DNA of 64,000 nucleotides from Minisyncoccota bacterium (GTDB lineage Bacteria; Patescibacteriota; Minisyncoccia; Minisyncoccales; JAGOPM01): NCBI GenBank assembly GCA_041651395.1, contig JBAZJI010000001.1, positions 507,920 to 571,919 of the forward strand, read 5' to 3'. Shown piece by piece: positions 61,343 to 64,000 of this stretch (position 1 is its first letter; each line of letters starts with the position of its first letter). The notes under the pieces were generated by a model. It saw only the letters and a program-made list of their open reading frames with translations, ran no database searches and was not told where the DNA came from. The position numbers and the translations under genes were made by a program.

Positions 61343-64000
61343 ATGAAGTTTACTCACCTTCACGTTCACTCCCATTATTCCCTGCTTGATGGCTTGGCGC
61401 AAATCCCGGATCTGGTCAAATACGCCAAATCTTTAGGCATGGACAGCCTCGCTATCACTGACCACGGCGTCATGTATGGGGCAGTAGAATTTTATAACGA
61501 ATGCAAGAAACAAGGCATCAAACCCATTATTGGCTGCGAAGTTTATGTGGCCCAAGAAAGCCGCTTTCTCAAACGGCCCAATGTTGATACTGTTCGCCAC
61601 CACATGATTCTTTTGGCCAAGAATGCCCAAGGTTATAAAAATCTCTCCAAGCTGGTGACTAAAGGGCATTTGGAAGGTTTTTATTACAAGCCACGCATTG
61701 ATGAGGAGTTGCTTTTCGAACACGCCGAAGGCCTCATTTGCCTGACGGCTTGCGTGCAGGGCAAAATTCCCCAACAAATTCTGACCAAAGACTTGGATGG
61801 CGCCAGAGCCACGGCCAAAAAATATTTGGATGTTTTTGGTAAAGATAATTTTTATCTGGAGCTGCAATACCACCAGAGTATCCCGGGGCAAAAAGTCGTT
61901 AATGATGAGTTGATAAAAATCGGCCAAGAGCTTGGCATTGGTCTTGTTGCTACCAATGACAGCCACTATTTGCGCAAAGACGACGACAAAGCCCAAGATG
62001 TTTTAATGTGTATTTCCACCGGCACTAAACTTTCTGAAACCGACAGGCTCACCATGCTCGGAGATGATTTTTCTCTCAAGTCGCCCGAGCAGATGGCCCA
62101 AGAATTTTCTAATGTGCCCGAAGCGATTTCCAATACACACAAAATTGCCGATTCGTGCAATTTCGATTTTGAACTGGGTAAATACAAATTGCCGCATTTT
62201 GCCCTACCCGAAGGCAAAAGCCAAAACGACTACCTTAAAGAATTGTGCGATAAGGGGCTAAAGAATAAAGGTTTGGAAAATGATGAGCGCGCCATCAAGC
62301 AACTCGATTATGAATTAGGCGTTATTAACCAAACTGGCTTCGCTTCTTATTTTTTAATCGTGCAAGATTTCGTTAATTGGGCAAAAAGTAACGGTATTGT
62401 GGTGGGCCCGGGCCGAGGCTCAGCCGCCGGAGCGCTGGTTACCTACCTTCTCAATATTACCTCAGTCAATCCCTTTGATTATAATCTGCTCTTCGAAAGA
62501 TTTTTGAATCCCGAGCGCATCTCCATGCCTGATATCGATTTGGATTTTGCCGACGAAAGGCGCGATGAAGTTATCCGTTATGTGGAAGAAAGATACGGCA
62601 AAAATAATGTGGCCCAAATCATCACTTTCGGGACTATTGCTGCCAGAGTGGGCATCAGAGACGTTGGTCGTGTAATGGATTATCCGTATAGTTACTGCGA
62701 TAGATTGGCCAAACTTGTGCCGCCTTTCAAAAACCTGAAAGAAACTTTAAGCGAAGTGGCCGAATTCAAACAAGTTTATGAAACCGATCCGCAAGCCAAA
62801 ACCCTCATTGACATGGCCATGCGCGTGGAAGGTGTAGCCCGCCACGCCGGAACACATGCTTGTGGTGTGGTCGTATCCCCCGTGCCCTTAGATGAATGTA
62901 TCCCTTTGCAATTTTCCGCTCAGCACGAAGATGTTATTGTCGCCCAATATGAGATGACCATCATCGAAAAGCTCGGATTTTTGAAAGTGGACTTTTTAGG
63001 CTTAAGAAATTTGACCGTTATCGAACATACTCTGGAACAGGTTGAGGCTAAATATGATGTCAAAATAGATATAAACCGCATCCCTCTCGATGACGCGGCC
63101 ACTTTCAAACTATTGCAGGAAGGCCATACGACTTCTGTTTTTCAATTAGAGTCCGAGGGCATGAAGCGCTACCTTAAGCAGCTTAAACCCACGGTTATGG
63201 AAGATATTATCGCCATGAACGCGCTTTACCGCCCGGGCCCAATGCAATTCATCCCCACCTACATTGCCCGCAAACACGGCCAAGAAAAAACCACTTATCT
63301 GCACCCCAAGCTTGAAGCCGTGCTCAAAAATACTTATGGCCTGGCTATTTACCAAGAGCAAATCATGCAGATCTCCCAAGTCATTGCCGGTTTCACTTTG
63401 GGTGAAGCCGACACTTTGCGCAAAGCAATAGGTAAAAAAATTATGGACCTTTTAATGGCCCAGCGCGAAAAATTCATTGCCGGCGCCCTGAAAAATAATG
63501 TAAGCCAGCACATTGCCGAAGAAATTTGGGAGTGGATTATGCCTTTTGCTTCCTATGGCTTTAATAAGTCGCATGCCGCCTGCTACGCTACTATCGCTTA
63601 CCAAACCGCCTACCTTAAAGCCCACTATCCGGCCGAATATATGGCCGCGGTGCTTAATTCGGAATCCAATGATGTGGAGCGCATTTCTTTTTTAATCGAA
63701 GAATGCAAGGACATGGGCATTGACGTGCTGGCCCCGGATATTAATGAATCATTCAAAGATTTCGCCGTCTCTTCAGAAATGAAAATCCGTTTTGGAATCG
63801 GCGCGATTAAAAATGTCGGCAATAAAGTGGCCGAAGGAATCGTCGCGGAGCGCCAAAAAAATGGCGCCTTCAAAACTATCACCGATTTTATTACCCGCCT
63901 AGACATTAAACTCCTGAATAAAAAATCCATGGAGTCCATGATTAAGGCCGGGGTTTTCGATAGCTTGGATGAACGCAATAAACTTTTGCAAAACTTGGAA
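61343..64000 (+). CDS. dnaE: DNA polymerase III alpha subunit (5' 886 codons; continues past the right edge)
   Basis: Manual translation gives MKFTHLHVHSHYSLLDGLAQIPDLVKYAKSLGMDSLAITDHGVMYGAVEF (PHP domain). Further on: GRGSAAGALVTYLL and PDIDLDF. It is absent from the track because it has no in-window stop. Confidence 0.95.
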   Translation, partial: MKFTHLHVHSHYSLLDGLAQIPDLVKYAKSLGMDSLAITDHGVMYGAVEFYNECKKQGIKPIIGCEVYVAQESRFLKRPNVDTVRHHMILLAKNAQGYKNLSKLVTKGHLEGFYYKPRIDEELLFEHAEGLICLTACVQGKIPQQILTKDLDGARATAKKYLDVFGKDNFYLELQYHQSIPGQKVVNDELIKIGQELGIGLVATNDSHYLRKDDDKAQDVLMCISTGTKLSETDRLTMLGDDFSLKSPEQMAQEFSNVPEAISNTHKIADSCNFDFELGKYKLPHFALPEGKSQNDYLKELCDKGLKNKGLENDERAIKQLDYELGVINQTGFASYFLIVQDFVNWAKSNGIVVGPGRGSAAGALVTYLLNITSVNPFDYNLLFERFLNPERISMPDIDLDFADERRDEVIRYVEERYGKNNVAQIITFGTIAARVGIRDVGRVMDYPYSYCDRLAKLVPPFKNLKETLSEVAEFKQVYETDPQAKTLIDMAMRVEGVARHAGTHACGVVVSPVPLDECIPLQFSAQHEDVIVAQYEMTIIEKLGFLKVDFLGLRNLTVIEHTLEQVEAKYDVKIDINRIPLDDAATFKLLQEGHTTSVFQLESEGMKRYLKQLKPTVMEDIIAMNALYRPGPMQFIPTYIARKHGQEKTTYLHPKLEAVLKNTYGLAIYQEQIMQISQVIAGFTLGEADTLRKAIGKKIMDLLMAQREKFIAGALKNNVSQHIAEEIWEWIMPFASYGFNKSHAACYATIAYQTAYLKAHYPAEYMAAVLNSESNDVERISFLIEECKDMGIDVLAPDINESFKDFAVSSEMKIRFGIGAIKNVGNKVAEGIVAERQKNGAFKTITDFITRLDIKLLNKKSMESMIKAGVFDSLDERNKLLQNLE

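Noticed and set aside
61433-62217. Minus-strand ORFs (187, 83 and 64 aa) opposite the start of dnaE.
   Set aside because: The plus-strand frame gives an unmistakable Pol III alpha PHP domain, so the antisense frames are by-products.
1-64000. A search for CRISPR arrays, IS elements, integrases, prophage blocks and toxin-antitoxin pairs.
   Set aside because: I saw no regularly spaced identical repeats, no transposase, integrase or capsid-like ORFs, and no long identical DNA repeats. The only tRNA-associated repeat is the 17-nt inverted tRNA-Gln fragment, which is reported as a finding.
1-64000. An alternative genetic code (UGA recoding, as in some CPR lineages).
   Set aside because: Well-recognised genes are full length under code 11, and TGA functions as a stop, for example at the ATGA junction at 23046-23049.

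Overview
The window is a densely coding, moderately AT-rich bacterial chromosome segment that uses the standard code (TGA is a stop, for example at 23047-23049). I found no rRNA, CRISPR array, transposase, integrase or prophage. By inference only, the gene content fits an ultrasmall CPR/Patescibacteria-type genome: short housekeeping proteins with K/E-rich tails, a gamma-length dnaX, a dcw cluster that stops after ftsI, many ORFans, salvage enzymes, and scattered tRNAs without rRNA.

Recognisable core genes:
- Envelope and cell division: uppP, mraZ-rsmH-ftsL-ftsI.
- Replication and repair: xseA/xseB, dnaX, dnaB, rmuC, dnaE (3' partial).
- Translation and RNA processing: cysS, asnS, rplU, rplJ-rplL, rpmG, trmD, a KH-domain protein, rpsP, rnc, nusB, rpmF.
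- Metabolism: pgk, pyrG, pncA-pncB.
- Eight tRNAs: Ile, Ala, Gln, Glu, Val, Trp, Thr, Tyr.

Most interesting accessory content:
1. At 1-4766, three tandem TasA/camelysin-type genes with SipW-type signals. One is a 914-aa protein with nine tandem six-cysteine modules.
2. The same six-Cys module occurs twice in a secreted HExxHxxGxxD metalloprotease (46209-48584). That gene sits beside a secreted C39-like peptidase and a ClpP-like gene remnant.
3. At 27690-33148, a tight operon links a membrane-anchored TraD/VirD4-like P-loop ATPase and three ORFans to rmuC.
4. Several non-coding signals: phased MraZ boxes, a pyrG leader hairpin, an rplJ leader, leaderless-type promoter geometry at dnaB/dnaE/rpmF, an inverted tRNA-Gln fragment, phased TGTCCYCTA repeats, and a structured spacer inside the TasA-like locus.

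All family assignments come from motif recognition by eye. No database search was run.
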